Under the pieces are notes generated by a model. That model was not told the DNA's origin. It made no database searches and saw only the letters and a list, made by a program, of their open reading frames with translations. Shown in pieces: positions 47,429 through 61,173 of a DNA stretch of 64,000 bases. The position numbers and the translations under genes are program-made. The number at the start of each line of letters is the position of its first letter. The first letter of the stretch is position 1. Source of the stretch: Nemertoderma westbladi (taxonomy: Eukaryota > Animalia > Xenacoelomorpha). The stretch covers positions 1 to 64,000 of the forward strand of contig JAUCBJ010000121.1 in the NCBI GenBank assembly GCA_032718475.1, in the 5' to 3' direction.

Positions 47429-47973
47429 TTACTGCTGCGGACCACAAGACTTGCAGGTGATTGATTCAACTCTTGTTTTCTTGGAGTGGTTCTTGCAAGA
47501 GTATTTAGAGTAACTGGAGCAAACTAGTGCAGTTTTCAGTCCGCACTTTTGTTGCTCACATCGACGCCGGCGTCCACATTCAACTGCGGAAGGATTCCCC
47601 TGTACAATGTTTATAATTGCAGCTTTTACCTTTCTTACTGAGATTGAATCATTAATCAGTTCACGAGATACATTCAATAGGAACATATGTCGAGTTTTAG
47701 CTTTCCCACGAATTGAAGGGAACTTCAAGTTATATATAACGTATGCTGCCAAGGCAGCAACGTCTATAATGGTGTAGAGTAACTTCGTAGGCCAGCGCCT
47801 AGTGGCGCGGTGGACAGAACTCAATGACACCATCTTATCCATGGTGTCGACCCCACACTTTGATGCGATATAATCGAGTACTATGGCTGGTCTCTTAATA
47901 CCGGTGGTTTCAACCTCGTTGTCGTGGTGCATACTCGATATAAGTGTGAAAGTTTTGCCCTTTTTAGGAACAT
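47429..47973 (-). pseudogene. piggyBac-like transposase, C-terminal part
   Basis: SSMHHD...RPAIVLDY...KCGVDTMDKM...RATRRWP...IIDVAALAAYVIY and C-terminal Cys-rich RRRC...C...CKNH. Confidence 0.85.
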
Positions 47974-49231
47974 ACTACTACTACTAGGATCGGCATGCTG
48001 CATTGCAGCTGCATTTTTAAGAATGCTGTGCCGGCTTGTCAACAAAATTGCACCGCCACAACTCCCTATCACCCATGACATTTGCTAGATCATCCGCATC
48101 TTCAAGGCCAGTGTCCTTTAGGATGCGTCACAAGAAAGTCATGGGCTGTCCACCATGTTTATTCACGCCATGAGGCTGCCAAAGTACAAGATTATGCACT
48201 GGCTGGTCCTCACGGCGAAAGCAATGTCCTGCAAAGCGGAGGCGATTTTGTTCTAGTGTCAAGCTTGGGGGAACCAATGAGACACCTCCAATGTTATATA
48301 GTGTCTGGTTGGAGATGTGTGCATTGTACTTGACACAATGAACCCGGCGTAGCATTCTTGTGAATGTGCCATCCAGAGATTTGGTGTCCTCAGCAGTTAG
48401 AGCCCAGCATGGACTCCTGTAGAGGAGTACTGGAACTACTGCTGCTCTAAATAATCGGACCTTAAGTTTCCGATTAATTCTCGGTGACTTCTAAATCCTG
48501 GAAAGCCTATTCAAGGCTGCCCATGCCTTTCCCTTACGTATTCGAAGGTCCTCACCTGACTTCCGGATCCATGATCCCAGGTAACAGAAGTCGTCCACAT
48601 GCTCAAGCATACCATCCTTTGAGCTTATGCTCATCCGATCAGAGACTTGCTGAGGACTTTCAAAGTTAACTGTCAGAATTTTGGTCTTTCTGGAGTTAAT
48701 AAAAAGACCAACACTAGAAGCAGCATGTTCTAATGAGCTGAGGAGCCGTTGGGCTCCCTCTAATGATTCTGAGAGTACTCCTAAGTCATCAGCAAAGTCT
48801 AGATCAGTTAGGTACTTGGCAGGATTTCCTCGACTTCTGGAGCCAGTAGGTGGAGTTATCATCACCCCATCATCATTATAATGATCTAAGGACATGCGTA
48901 GAACATAGTCAACCACAATAATGAACAAAAATGGTGCAAGTGTGTCTCCTTGGAGGACGCCCCATAACACTTCAAATGGTTCTGTGTCACCATCAACAGT
49001 AGACACAAATGTTGTCGAACCATCGTATACTGATCTGATTGCTGCAATAATTTCATCAGGAATCCCATATAATGAAAGTATGCTGAACATACGTGAGCGA
49101 GAGACTGAATCAAAGGCCTTGAAGAAGTCAACAAAGATAACAGCCAGATGCCTGTCTTTCTTTTTTGATAACTCTTCAATTATCCTTCTAAGTGCCAAAA
49201 TGGGCTCCATGGTCCCACGACCTTTACGGAA
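47974..49231 (-). mobile_element. 5'-truncated RTE-like LINE with (TAG)n tail
   Basis: FRKGRGT, FVDFFKAFDSVSR, GVLQGDTLAPFLF, DLDFADD, FCYLGS, RLRFAGHC; tail tactactactactag at 47973-47987. Confidence 0.92.
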
Positions 49232-49259
49232 CAGGGGACCATGTTCCTTTTAGGAATGG

Positions 49260-49806
49260 GCCTTGAATAGGCTTTCCAGGATTTGGAAGTCACCTAGAAT
49301 TAATCGGAATCTTAAGGTCCGATTATTTAGAGCAGCAGTAGTTCCAGTACTCCTCTACGGGAGTCCATGCTGGGCTCTAACTGCTGAGGACACCAAATCT
49401 CTGGATGGCACATTCACAAGAATGCTACGCCGGGTACATTGTGTCAAGTACAATGCACACATCTCCAACCAGACACTATATAACATTGGAGGTGTCTCAT
49501 TGGTTCCCCCAAGCTTGACACTAGAACAAAATCGCCTCCGCTTTGCAGGACATTGCTTTCGCCGTGAGGACCAGCCAGTGCATAATCTTGTACTTTGGCA
49601 GCCTCATGGAGTGAATAAGCATGGTGGACAGCCCATGACTTTCTTGAGACGCATCTTAAAGGACACTGGCCTTAAAGATGCGGATGATCTAGCAAATGTC
49701 ATGGGTGATAGGGAGTTGTGGCGGTGCAATTTTGTTGACAAGCCGGCACAGCATTCTTAAAAATGCAGCTGCAATGCAGCATGCCGATCCTAGTAGTAGT
49801 AGTAGT
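49260..49806 (+). mobile_element. Second 5'-truncated copy of the same RTE-like LINE, inverted relative to the first
   Basis: KVRLFRAAVVPVLLYGS...RLRFAGHC; near-exact reverse complement of 47974-48520; ends in tagtagtagtagtagt. Confidence 0.92.
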
Positions 49807-49960
49807 CCTTTTAGGAACATGGGAAACTATGGTTGTCTTGTTTATATGTCCAAATAAACTTGACTCAACCACAAGCCCTTTAGCAGTAACGAACTCAGAT
49901 GGGTGCTCAGTAATATATTGAGTATTAATCAGGAAAAATATCAGCTGAATTATTAATACT
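49807..49960 (-). pseudogene. piggyBac transposase segment upstream of the LINE insertion point
   Basis: Minus strand reads PSEFVTAKG...LFGH..KTTIVSHVPK, which continues into ...TLISSMHHD at ~47950; ttttaggaacat is duplicated across the insertion. Confidence 0.7.
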
Positions 49961-50999
49961 TACCCATCTATTTATTTCTCGCGATTTTCATACTGTTACT
50001 TAAACTATTCTTCATACCCCCCCCCCCCCCCCCCCCCATCCTCTTGTGTAATATATAGTATGCCGAACTCTCACCTTAGAATAAGGGTTAAATCGGTGGC
50101 ATGGTATTCACATCTCTTTGGAAGTAGTGGGTACGATTCCGCATGGTACGTCGCTCTTCTTCTTCTTCTCCTCCTCCTTGTCTCGTCTCGTCTCGTATCT
50201 TCTCTTGGATTTGTCATCCGCTCTCTTTCTCATCTTATTTACTATTCTCCTCTTCTCTTCTATTATTATTCTCTTCATTTATTTATTCTCTATCTCTATT
50301 ATTCCTTCCTCTACGATGACTAAAATTTTAAAGATGTAAACTCTAGTTGAATTATTGGTGAAAAAATTTTAGGTTTACTATAATTTGTAAAAATCTGGGC
50401 TTTATTTAGCCCAGGGAACAAATTATTATTTCCCCAATCCCCTCACAGAAGAATTGGGAATTGAAAATTGTAGTTTGATGACAAATTATACAACACAAGA
50501 GTTGCTATCAGGTACTTACCGAGTTATAATTATGTGTGTCGACAGAGTAAGAGTAAGGTTGCTGGACTTGTCAAAGTTGAAAGAAGATTCAAATTCTAAA
50601 ATTAAATATAAAAATAATGTTAGATTTAGATTCGGGAACAAAGTAATTTGGGGAAACTACGGTTTATTTTACTATGCAGTACTTCCAACACTGAATATAC
50701 AGTAAAGATTAATTATTGATTATGTACATTACATTACCGATTATGATTCGGGGGCACCCCGTTTATTTACTTACACCCTTCCTTACTTACCGATGTGACA
50801 TGTATTGGCTCAACTGCATGTGGAATATATTATTAATAAATAAATATAATATATTTTCATGTTTCTTCTATCAGAATCTATCAGATCTAAATTTGTAACA
50901 TGTCATAAATGGCATATACTACAAAATGATTGATGAAAATAATGAAAATGACAAATAAATATACTAGTACTAATATACTAACTATTGTATTTTTTAGGA

Positions 51000-51830
51000 T
51001 AAATGTTATGAGAATCCGTGCGAGTTCAAATTCGAAAACCACTTATGGAGGATCCTTGCAGTTACAGTGCCGTTAAAAACTGCGTTGAACAAACATTAAA
51101 CTCGGCCCTACAAACTGAAGTTAGGAAATGGACCGAGGTCATATTTGATGGCAATCCCATGTGACTGTCTTTAAGAACACTGGAAGGACAGCCCGGGTGG
51201 TGTGATAAACTATTATTGCGACCCGGATGGGGTCATTACGAACACAATATGTTAAAAACATATAATTCGATTCGGCTATGAGGATAAATATTTTGCTTTA
51301 ACCAATAGCTATGTCACTGATAAAGCTTTAGACTATTTTATTTCAGCTAGTGACCATCACAAAGACTTTGAAACAATGGAAGTTGTACTGTATGGGACTG
51401 CTCGGGAACTTTTAGGTGAATTTGTGAATCACCAAATGAAATCCCACAACTCTGCTAATCGTAATGACTTTAACTCATCAAATCTCACTGAATTTTTGTC
51501 TCAAGCATGTCAGAGTTATCGGTTCATATTCTTTTTTATTTTTGAAACCTGCTTCAGTATAAAATTATTTCGAATTGGGGTAAGAAAGAATATGGCAGTC
51601 ATGGTGAAATTTTCATCAATTTTTTTTACTATGAGACATCCAACCTATCAGATTATCTCATCATCATATTATCTCACCGAACATCTTCGCTTGACAGACA
51701 ATATTCTGGAACACATCAGACAAACCGAGGCAATGTCACGCACATTGTCTCCTGGGAGGAACCAGGGGGGAGATTACATAATGGAGGAATTTCATCACTT
51801 AATTAAAGCCATTGAAGGTACGACATGACC
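51000..51830 (+). pseudogene. Decayed coding fragment, possibly from a DNA transposon
   Basis: LILRPGWGHYEHNMLK, SDHHK, RHPTYQ and NQGGDYIMEE look like relics of one protein; family not determined. Confidence 0.3.
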
Positions 51831-53971
51831 AACTGACATAAATTCGTTGAATATAGTATATGGGTCGGTTGCGAAACAAGTTTATGTGACCTCTGATATA
51901 TTGTTAATTTGACCTATTTATATTCTGCTTACCAATTATTGGGCTGATATATTTTTCCTGTTATGAGGTCCTTAATTATTAGAACAAATTATTTTACATT
52001 TTATATTATATTATATTACTTTGACAATGACAATGAACCAATACACAATACAATACACAAACCACTACTGGCGAGGAGCAGAGCCTAGTGTCTATTCTAG
52101 GTACGTGGGCGGGTCTAATGCCTACGAACTAGACAAAAGGATACCTGTCCTCTAACCGGTATAGCAGATGTACAGTTACAGTAACAGACCAAACTCACGG
52201 GAAAACAATCCCCGCGCAGCGAATCCTAACTATCGCTGACAGTCCTAAATACCGTAACTTGCCGCGGTGTGATTTATATGGTTTATATACGAGCTAGGTG
52301 GGTTACAGCCCTAGCGTAACAATGCTGATCCCCCTGTCTGAATCAGCCTAAAAGAGGTCGTACCTAAATGTAACAATAACTGATCGCCCTGCACGGAATC
52401 AGTCTAAAAGGTCAGGCCTAAATGTAACAATAACTGCTGCGCAGAAAACAACAGTTTAATAACGAAAATGAAATACTCCTTTTGCCGTAACTAAATATCA
52501 GATCCTAATTTACGAATACAGATAAATTCTGCCTAAAGTAATATAAAGTGCTCTATAACTAGTAGAAACTCTAAGGGTAAATATGTTTTAGGGCGTGTGT
52601 GTGTGGGTGTGTTACAAATAAAACAATTTTGGTGTATATCTTTCACTAGGTTTTAGTGATTTTCTGACCGAAATGATACCGTGCGCTTGCTACTAAAATA
52701 AGCTAATCGCGTTTTGTAGAACTTTATACTCACAAATGACGTCAAAGCTCTCTCCTTCTTATCCACAACTCAAATGGGCAACCATGGTGTTAGAAACTAC
52801 ACCCGTGATCGGCACAAATACCAGATTCTGGTTGTAAGATAAGAAATAGGGGTTAATCGCTACCGTACGTTAGCTGATCTGGTATACAAATTTGATTCTA
52901 GAACTTTGTTGCCGCGGTAGTTAGCAGCAAATACCTATCAGTATGTGGCAAGGCGCGGTAGGATATTAATAAACCTCCCTAGGCCAAGCAGTGTGCCAGT
53001 AGCAGAAATGCTCCTTGCCTGATCAAATAACCAACTTCAGGCAGGGGGGGGGTGTATTAATGTATGCTCTACAGAGCGAACCGGTACCAAACAGTCAGTA
53101 CTACAAATCACTAAATTATGGAACGTATGCTGTCCGTACCTAATATGTACTTGCGTACTGACGAACGGCAATAGCTCGCTATACCTGTGAGGTATACAGG
53201 TAACCCAGGGGTTTGCAGGACTGACAAAGGGGGTTCTGCCTAAAATATAGTTATTTGATCCTAAAATTTGCGGCGTCCAGGACGGCGTCACGCTTACCCT
53301 GATCTATAGGTCTTACGGCGGGCAAGGGCGTCGAACGAAGTCTTACCTTCCTCATAAAGCGGGCGCTGCATGGCGTGTGGAGTATTTCGAAGGGCGAAGG
53401 GGGTGCGCGGTCTAATCTAAAGTGGGCGCTAGCGTGTTGTGGACATCTTTCCCCTGCGTTGCTGACGGCCTAACTGTCTAGGCTGCCATCTTCCCGATGT
53501 TTGGCTGTCCCAAGGTTGGACCAAAAGAAAACATGTTCAGGAGTTTGCAGTATATTTACAGTTTAGCAAAAGATTATCAAACAGATTTAACAAAGTTTCA
53601 ACAAGAAACCAAATAACTAATAACAATTTACTAAAGGTACTAGTGAAGGTATATAGGTGATAACCGAAGGCAAACCGGCCCTTTTATACTAAATATCGCA
53701 CATGGAAACCAAAGAGAATTTTCCACAGCTTCACATTTGAGCAATAAAGTGCTTTATGCCCTATGATTGGCCCAGCTCATCGTTCAACGCAATCCGGCCC
53801 TTACACTAATCTGGGACATGGAATCCTAACAGAATTTTCCATAGCCTCACATTTGAGCAATAAGATATTTATGCCCCATGATTGGCCTGGCTCATCGTTC
53901 GCTACGTTGTACGCTTCTCATTGGTCCACCAATTTGCACCAAATGAAAATAAATGGCCCCAAAATACAAAT

Positions 53972-54043
53972 TTCCCGACCGGGATTCAAACTCGTAACAT
54001 CTGTAATGTAACCAACGCCTTAACCATCTGACCACTACGCCAC
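53972..54043 (-). other. tRNA-derived (SINE-head-like) sequence
   Basis: A-box-like tggtcagatgg and B-box-like gtttgaatcc at tRNA spacing; no intact cloverleaf. Confidence 0.35.
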
Positions 54044-54182
54044 GAGTGTACCTAGGGGCTTTATGTGTACAAATATGAATAGGCATATTACATTACTGTA
54101 ACTTAATCAAAATGCGTCGGATTTTCGAAAGTTTTTACGTTAAAGTTAAACTACAAATGCTATCTTATAGTGAAATAATTCA

Positions 54183-56190
54183 TCAATATCTGTCACAATA
54201 ATTAGGGTACCGGTATGTTCCTATAACAGTATGTTTATATCTGTCACAGAACTTACTCTTCTTTTCATTGATTACCATATTATGTGACCTACAGAATTTA
54301 TCTAAAATATTTAGCTTTTCTATACAACTCTCTCGGTTCTCAGCTAAAATAGCAGTATCGTCCATGAACAGGAGAAGATGCAAGGCTCCTAGGTATGTGT
54401 TAGTAGATGTTAGTGAATCAAACATGGCGACTAGGACATCAATGTAAAGAGTGAATAGAAATAAACTTGATGGCGCTCCTTGACGCAAACCGCTGTCGAC
54501 ACGAATATCAATTGATCTAAGGTTTAAAAACGTCGTCCTATATATTGCTTTTATTGCGTTAATCATATTAAATCCACAACCGAGAAAAAGTAACTTTGAT
54601 ATAAGAGTAGACCTAGAGACTCTATCATAGGCTTTACTGAAGTCGATGAAGATGATGAATAGTTTCTTGTTCTTGGTGTAAGCATAATCGACAACCAAGC
54701 GTAGAGCGAGTATCTGTTCATAACATGATCTCCCTTTTTGACCGCCCGCTTGAGCTCTTGACTGTTTGTACCATCTCACTAGTCTGTTCGCTAAAACGTA
54801 GTCATAAATCTTTGCTAGAGAGTCCATAATCGTGATTCCACGGTAATTGTTACAGTTAAAACGATCACCTGTTTTATACAAAATACTTAATAAGCTATAT
54901 GCCCAAACTGCCGGTAAGCATCCGAATATGAATATCGCATTCAATATAAATGTAATAAATACCACAATATTCACTGGTAGATCCTTCCAAAGAGGTGATG
55001 AAATTCCTAGCGCTGCCTTGTTCGCTTTTATTGAGTTTATCGCCTCGTCCACTTCCTGTGGTTGTATCGGGTCATCCAGGAGTGGTATAACTGGAGCCTG
55101 TGAGGTGTCAATATCGTCTACGGTATCCCCTTGATTATACAGAAGACTCTCAAAATGGTCTTTAAATTCATCGTCGGTGGGTTTGTCGATATCATCAGCT
55201 TTATCTCCAAGTTTGCCATTCCAATTTATGGCGCGCCAAACAGATTTCGAATCCTTCGTTAGCAACAAGTTTTCCCATCGGTTATTTTCACTACAATGAT
55301 TGGTTAAGGTAACACCAGACCTCATCTTAGAAGAGTTAACTGCGTCTTGAAAAAGTTTTCCCAAAGTATTGACTGCCTCGTTGACATCTCCTATGTTTCC
55401 ATGAACGCAACCGTTTGCTCTTTGATCATGCTCCAAAGCTTCTATAAATTTCGATCTGTCTATCCCTTGTCGAGGTACCCTCACAGTCTTTGAACTATAA
55501 TTGGTTTCCGTGGTATTGCGATTGTACTCATCATAGAATGAGGAACCCATTCGCAGGGAACGCTGTAGAAGCCCGTTCCAGTTTCTATTCCCCGAAGTTG
55601 TCAGTAATATCTCCAAAGGCGCATGATCCGAAGGTTTTGTTAAATCTTGATTTACCTTTAATTCAATATCTTTGTTTACCGACTTACTTGCTAAACACAG
55701 GTCTATCTCACTAATCCACCTTTCTTTTCTTCTGAAAGTAAGGTCACTTGTAGCAGGAGGGACCTTATTGACAATAATGAAATCGGCGTCGTCACAGACC
55801 CGGTCCACTTCTTGGCCATGCGAATTTTTCGGATGATAAACTCTTGCATTAAGGTCACCAAACACAAGCTGTTTCTCTCTATCTCCTAAGCAAAGTCCCT
55901 GAAGAACCCCCCACAATTTATCATCATAAAATAGCGAATCTTTTGGTTTGATGTAACCGCCGCTAAACTCGTACTGTCCGAGTGAATGAAATCTTGTTGA
56001 TATGAATCCAATGAAACTAGTATCAACTGATTCGATGTCGCCCACTAAATAGTTTTCTATTAAAAGCGCTACGCCCCCCCCCCCCCCCCCCCCTTCTCTG
56101 AAAATTTCTGTAAATAATTAAGACAGTTGGAGTTTAGTAATTTTTCCCTTACACCTCCTATATTCCAAGAAAGAATTTTCAACAAGTTAT
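54183..56190 (-). pseudogene. LINE ORF2: APE endonuclease plus RT, truncated
   Basis: VFGDLNAR, SEIDL, SDHAPL, NYRGIT, FIDFSKAYDRVSR, GLRQG, LFMDD. Confidence 0.88.
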
Positions 56191-57200
56191 TAGGCTTACT
56201 ATTATCATCATTCCCATCACCATAAATACTAGTAGAACTGTATTGACTGTTGTCGGGCCTGTACTATTGAAAGAACTTTGGCTGATAACGGTCAATAATC
56301 ATACCATCCCGATACACGATACTGGCTCTGTAGTCGTAAACAATGCGACATCCTTGGTTTTCAGGTTTCTCCTTCTCTTTGTTTTCTACTTCATGCAACC
56401 TTGCTCTCTCTCATCGTACCGCCGGGTGTATATCCTTCTTTATAAATACCTTACAATAGTCATTATTTTCTTTCAACTTCTTGGCGTTCTCTAACACAAT
56501 ATCCCTTTTCTCTTTCTTCTTGAATGTGAGTAAGATAGGCCGCGCTCTCATGGCCGTGTTGCTGTTGCCCTGTGTTTGCTCATTTCTAGTTTTTCCTAAT
56601 CGCCTGTATTCTACATCTTCCATTGCTCCTCCTCAATTTCCGGTGTTCTCATCGTCGATGTTCAACTCTACATTTATTTCATTAAAAATTTTAGACAACT
56701 TTTCACTGTCATTGTCATTTGTTTCGCCAGCCTGTTCTGGTAAACCTAAGACTACTAAGTTTTTAGCTCTTTTATCGGTATCTATCGATTCTAAGAAATG
56801 TTGTTGATTGCGAATAATGCTGTAACACATATCTAACTCCTTTCGCACCCCACCTATTTCTCGATCGAACTTATCATCGAAATACCCTTTTAGTTTTTGG
56901 ATTTCTTTGATCATGTCCCTATTATCGTTATGGTCATCGTTACTTGCGGTTGGTACCGATACCGGTACCTCGTCTATTAGGTTCCGTAGAATGTTCCGCA
57001 TCTCATCATTTTTAAAACTGCTTATTCTCGATCTGCTCATACCTCTCAACTCGGCGAATGTACTAGGGATCGGTACAGCCATGGTTGCAAACTCAAAGTC
57101 CAAATCGGTAATAAACACAGTAAACACACTACAGTACTGTCTGACAGTTCTACTATATCAAATATCATTCATATTCTCATTCATCTCATTCTCATTCATA
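54230..57200 (-). mobile_element. LINE with ORF1 and 3'-truncated ORF2 (clade uncertain, RTE-X/L2-like)
   Basis: ORF1 (AKNLVVLGLPE, RPILLTF, VFIKKD) followed by APE and RT motifs; cut off shortly after the RT core. Confidence 0.85.
56300..57082 (-). pseudogene. LINE ORF1 (coiled coil plus RRM-like), frameshifted
   Basis: ORFs 56633-57127 and 56411-56623. Confidence 0.75.
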
Positions 57201-57202
57201 TA

Positions 57203-57530
57203 ATGTACAGTATATAGGTGGAGGGTGGGTTTAGATACATGCTGTAATGTATATGGTTGGAGGGTGGATTTATAGATAATGCAGTAATGTACAGTATATA
57301 GGTGGAGGGTGGGTTTAGATACATGCAGTATGCAGTAGTCTATATAGGTCGAGGGTGGGTTTAGATAATGCAGTAATAATATACAGTATATGGGTGGAGG
57401 GTGGGTTTAGATATATGCAAGTTGCAGTAGTCTATATGGGTGGAGGGTGGGTTTAGATATATGCAGGTTGCAGTAGTCTATATGGGTCGAGGGTGGGTTT
57501 AGATAATGCAGTAATATACAGTATATGGGT
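57203..57530. repeat. ~40-bp minisatellite, about 8 copies
   Basis: Core tataggtggagggtgggtttagata...tgcagta. Confidence 0.88.
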
Positions 57531-57780
57531 TACAAGGCGTTCAGATAAGTACCACAAGTAGTTTTCCGACTTACTGCGAGCAGCACCAACTAGTGAGCTG
57601 AAGTTGACTGGCCACTGTAGCCTCTCTCTTGAAAAACATCTTCATTAAATCGAGGTCGTTCTGAGTGGCATCCTGTACAGAGGTAGAAGTCAGGCTAGGC
57701 TGGTGATTGAATCAAGCTGATCAGTTGTATAAACATTCTGGATTTCAGATCGTAAAAAGGCATCTTAACAAGGCATTGTG

Positions 57781-58009
57781 TCATTGTGTCAAGTACAATG
57801 CACACATCTCCAACCAGACACTATATAACATTGGAGGTGTCTCATTGGTTCCCCCAAGCTTGACACTAGAACAAAATCACCTCCGCTTTGCAGGACATTG
57901 CTTTCGCCGTGAGGACCAGCCAGTGCATAATCTTGTACTTTGGCAGCCTCATGGAGTGAATAAGCATGGTGGACAGCCCATGACTTTCTTGAGACGCATA
58001 TTAAAGGAC
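57781..58009 (+). mobile_element. Internal fragment of the RTE-like LINE family
   Basis: Matches 49437-49665 (cattgtgtcaagtacaatg...ttaaaggac). Confidence 0.88.
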
Positions 58010-59390
58010 TACGATTTCTGTGGTGGCCTGAAGTAGACCTCAACCAGAAACCGGTGGAGTACTGGATGACCATCCAGGCTTTTGGGATCATCTCGAGCCC
58101 TTCAAACGCCTGCTCAGTAGTGCGTACCACTGCTGATGACAACCGGGATGCCTTCTCCAAAGAGGTTATCGACAACATCAAATGGGATATATACATGGAC
58201 GACAATTTAAAGTCCCTCCCATCGGTGGAAGAAGCCATTGATGTCGCCAAAGGAACGGTAGAGTGCTTGAAAAGAGGTGGATTTCGATTAACTAAATTCA
58301 CCAGTAACTCCCGTGAGTTTCTGGAATCGATCCCGGTAGAAGACCGAGGAGTTAAAGATCTAGACCTAATCAAGGACGATCTTCCAGAAACCAAGACGCT
58401 TGGTTTGAAATGGGACACAGAGAGAGATATCCTGTTTTTCCAGCTAAAACAGCCAGTTCGGACTAAACGGATTTGTCGAAGTATCCTGAGCACTTATTTC
58501 GATCCATTGGGATTTATTAGCCCAGTTATATTTATTGCTCGGAGTTTAGTACAACAAATGTGGCTTGAAAACCACTCATGGGACGATCCACTTAAGGGAG
58601 AACTATTAAAGAAGTGGATGAAATGGGAAGATTCTCTACCATCCATCGAGAACTTTATAATTTCCCGTTCCTATTTTGGTCATGTTCTCCCCACGTATTC
58701 CTATCAACTCCATGTGTTTGGAGACGCCAGCGATATGGGAATAGGTATAGTAGCCTACCTGAGAGTTGAAACTCCGGATGGAATCAAGGTCGCCTTGGTT
58801 ACCTCTAAGGCATTGATAAACAACAAGTTGAAAGTTCCTCGAGCGGAGTTAAAAGCGGCTCTATACGCTGTCTATACGCTGAAAACTGTCTATTGGACCG
58901 ATGCTTTACTCGTGTTGGAGTATATCACCAATGAAGTCTGTCAGTTCAGCGTCTTCGTTACCAACAGAGTAGCCATTATACTTAGTCGCACGAAGATAGA
59001 TCAATGGAGACATTGCCCCGGAACGATTAATCCAGCCGACATCGCCTCCAGAGGAGCAACTCCACAGGAACTGATAGATACTCCAGACTGGTTAGGTGGA
59101 CCCGACTTCCTAAGCAAAGAAGAGGATGAATGGCCTCCTCATCTTACTATGGCGGAGATTAGACAAGCCAAGGGAGTGGAGAAAGTCAAACCTAAAACCC
59201 GGGCAAGTAAATCGAAGTTATTTAAACCCGTGATAGATCTGTCTGTATTACACACTTCCAGGGACGACACTTTGGATCCAAAACCCCCAGCCACTAATAA
59301 GTCTGTTGTGGAAATTAGAGAGAGAGATTGGAAATCTGAGACACCAGACGTCTCGCAAGGACTCTCATCTCTCCTGCAGAGAGCAATAAT
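58006..59390 (+). pseudogene. pol: BEL/Pao RT and RNase H fragment from a family different from A
   Basis: LRFLWWP, FGIISSP, IYMDD, TKTLGLKWD, YFDPLGFISP, LHVFGDAS, VPRAELKAA, WTDA, NPADIASRG. Confidence 0.9.
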
Positions 59391-59419
59391 AATGATATGA
59401 AATAATAATATGAAATAGT

Positions 59420-60235
59420 AAATCATTACACTTATCTCGGAATAGTACTACAACCAACCCTTTCATTCACTCGACACATAATTAACACCACATGCAAATC
59501 GTTTAAAGTGATCCATTCTATCAAACAACCCAGCCTTTTATCTCTCAACACAGCAATCAAGTTATTTACAATCAAAATCGAACCAATCATCAGTTATGGG
59601 CTCACTGTTATATGGGAATTTCTGAAATCAAAGGACTTTGAGAACCTGGACAAGATTAAGTCATCGTACCTTAAAAGAGTTCTGTCAGTACACAAATCTG
59701 CTCAGAACAGGCTTGTCCTGGCGCTGAGTGGAAGCAAGAACCTGCGTATGGATCTGCAACAAAAACTCAATCTCCTCAAAACTCAATACAAAACTGGGGT
59801 CAATTCGAAGAACAACAAAATAATTCCAGAATTCTGGCGTTCTCCCGGATTTACAAACCCAAAATGGAGAACCTCAAACTATAAAAACCGGCACATCATC
59901 ACACGGGTGTCTATACATGGGTTTCATCACCTAATTTGTAAAAACCCCGCGTTTCACGAGACTGCAGATGAATGTGTCTGCCGATTGTGGGACGCCAGAG
60001 CCAGCCGATACCACATTTTAAATTGTCACAAGAATGATGCACCCCTTGTGAACTGGGCAAATACAAAATGAGCCCATGTAAATGGAAGAACTGCATTTTA
60101 TTTTATTTTGTATATATTTTATAATAATTTGTATAGTTGTGTGTGTTATTGATGTAATTTTAGCCTAATTTCTCGTTCCTACTGTAGAAGTGCCATCCTT
60201 TTGGCTTAATTAATAATAATATTAAAAAAAATAAA
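59420..60235 (+). mobile_element. 3' fragment of another LINE ORF2 plus AT-rich tail
   Basis: TYLGIVLQ, IEPIISYG..IW, LKRVLSV and a C-terminal Cys/His cluster (ORF 59508-60071). Confidence 0.65.
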
Positions 60236-61173
60236 ACAAAAAATAACCAACAGGTCATAAAACATTGTTGCACGGGTGTAGCCTACATGTATTTTACACA
60301 TTTTTGTATGGTATTGTTAAATAATTTATAATAGTTTTTGAGTTATTAAAAAAAATCAAGTCTCCCCTAAAGTCAAGTCTCCCTCACTCACCCTACTCCT
60401 ATCTCAGTAATTCAACTGGTTCTCATTTGATTGAAGCCAGTTAAGGAAAGGCTGAGTGGATCCAGGCGGGGCTCGAACATACAACCAAGGGATCAACCAA
60501 CAGTCGTCCTAACCTGCCTTTTTTTTATAAAAGGTTTAGGTACATAGTGTATCTAAACCTACTGTGTATACTATATTAAACACCTAAAACATGGTGTAGA
60601 CCTACAAATTATCACATCCTACAGCACATAGTGCTCGGAATAGACACAAAAAACCAAGTCAAGTCTCTCATTTAATGAATTCCGTGAACTATAGTTCCAA
60701 TGTAAGTAACCCCCTGCTGGTGTGTTACTGTGTTTCATAATGTTCCTTATGTATAACAGTTTAAGTAATCAATAACACTTTGTTCACTAAAGCTGGATAA
60801 TAATTGTGCTGCATGACGATTGTGCTCGACCTTTGCTTGAGTTTCTTATCATGGCTGCTCAGTGTGATACCAAACTTATTAATAAAGTAGTAATGTAGTA
60901 CCCAACATTGTTAAAAATATAACGCTCTCGCTTTATTAATTAATTTAGATGAATCACAACTTTTTTATTTTGTTATACAATTGTTTTTATGTGTATAATT
61001 TCATGGTTAAATTTTCCGAATAATTACACTGTAAGTTAGCAGTCAGTCAGTCAATTACGCAGTGTTCTTGCGCAGAACACTTGTTGATATGGCCTCTTCA
61101 TATTAAATGCATTATTCAATCATTATTTAATAATTATAAAATTAAATTATCTATGTAACATTTTCCCTTATAG

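Noticed and set aside
52020-53640. Possible LTR or leader of another retroelement
   Set aside because: Contains short internal duplications and a GC-rich patch, but no paired LTR, PBS, TSD or coding motif could be identified.
58006-59390. The missing RT/RNase H of the BEL relic at 431-4398
   Set aside because: Domain content is complementary but there is no overlapping sequence to link the two.
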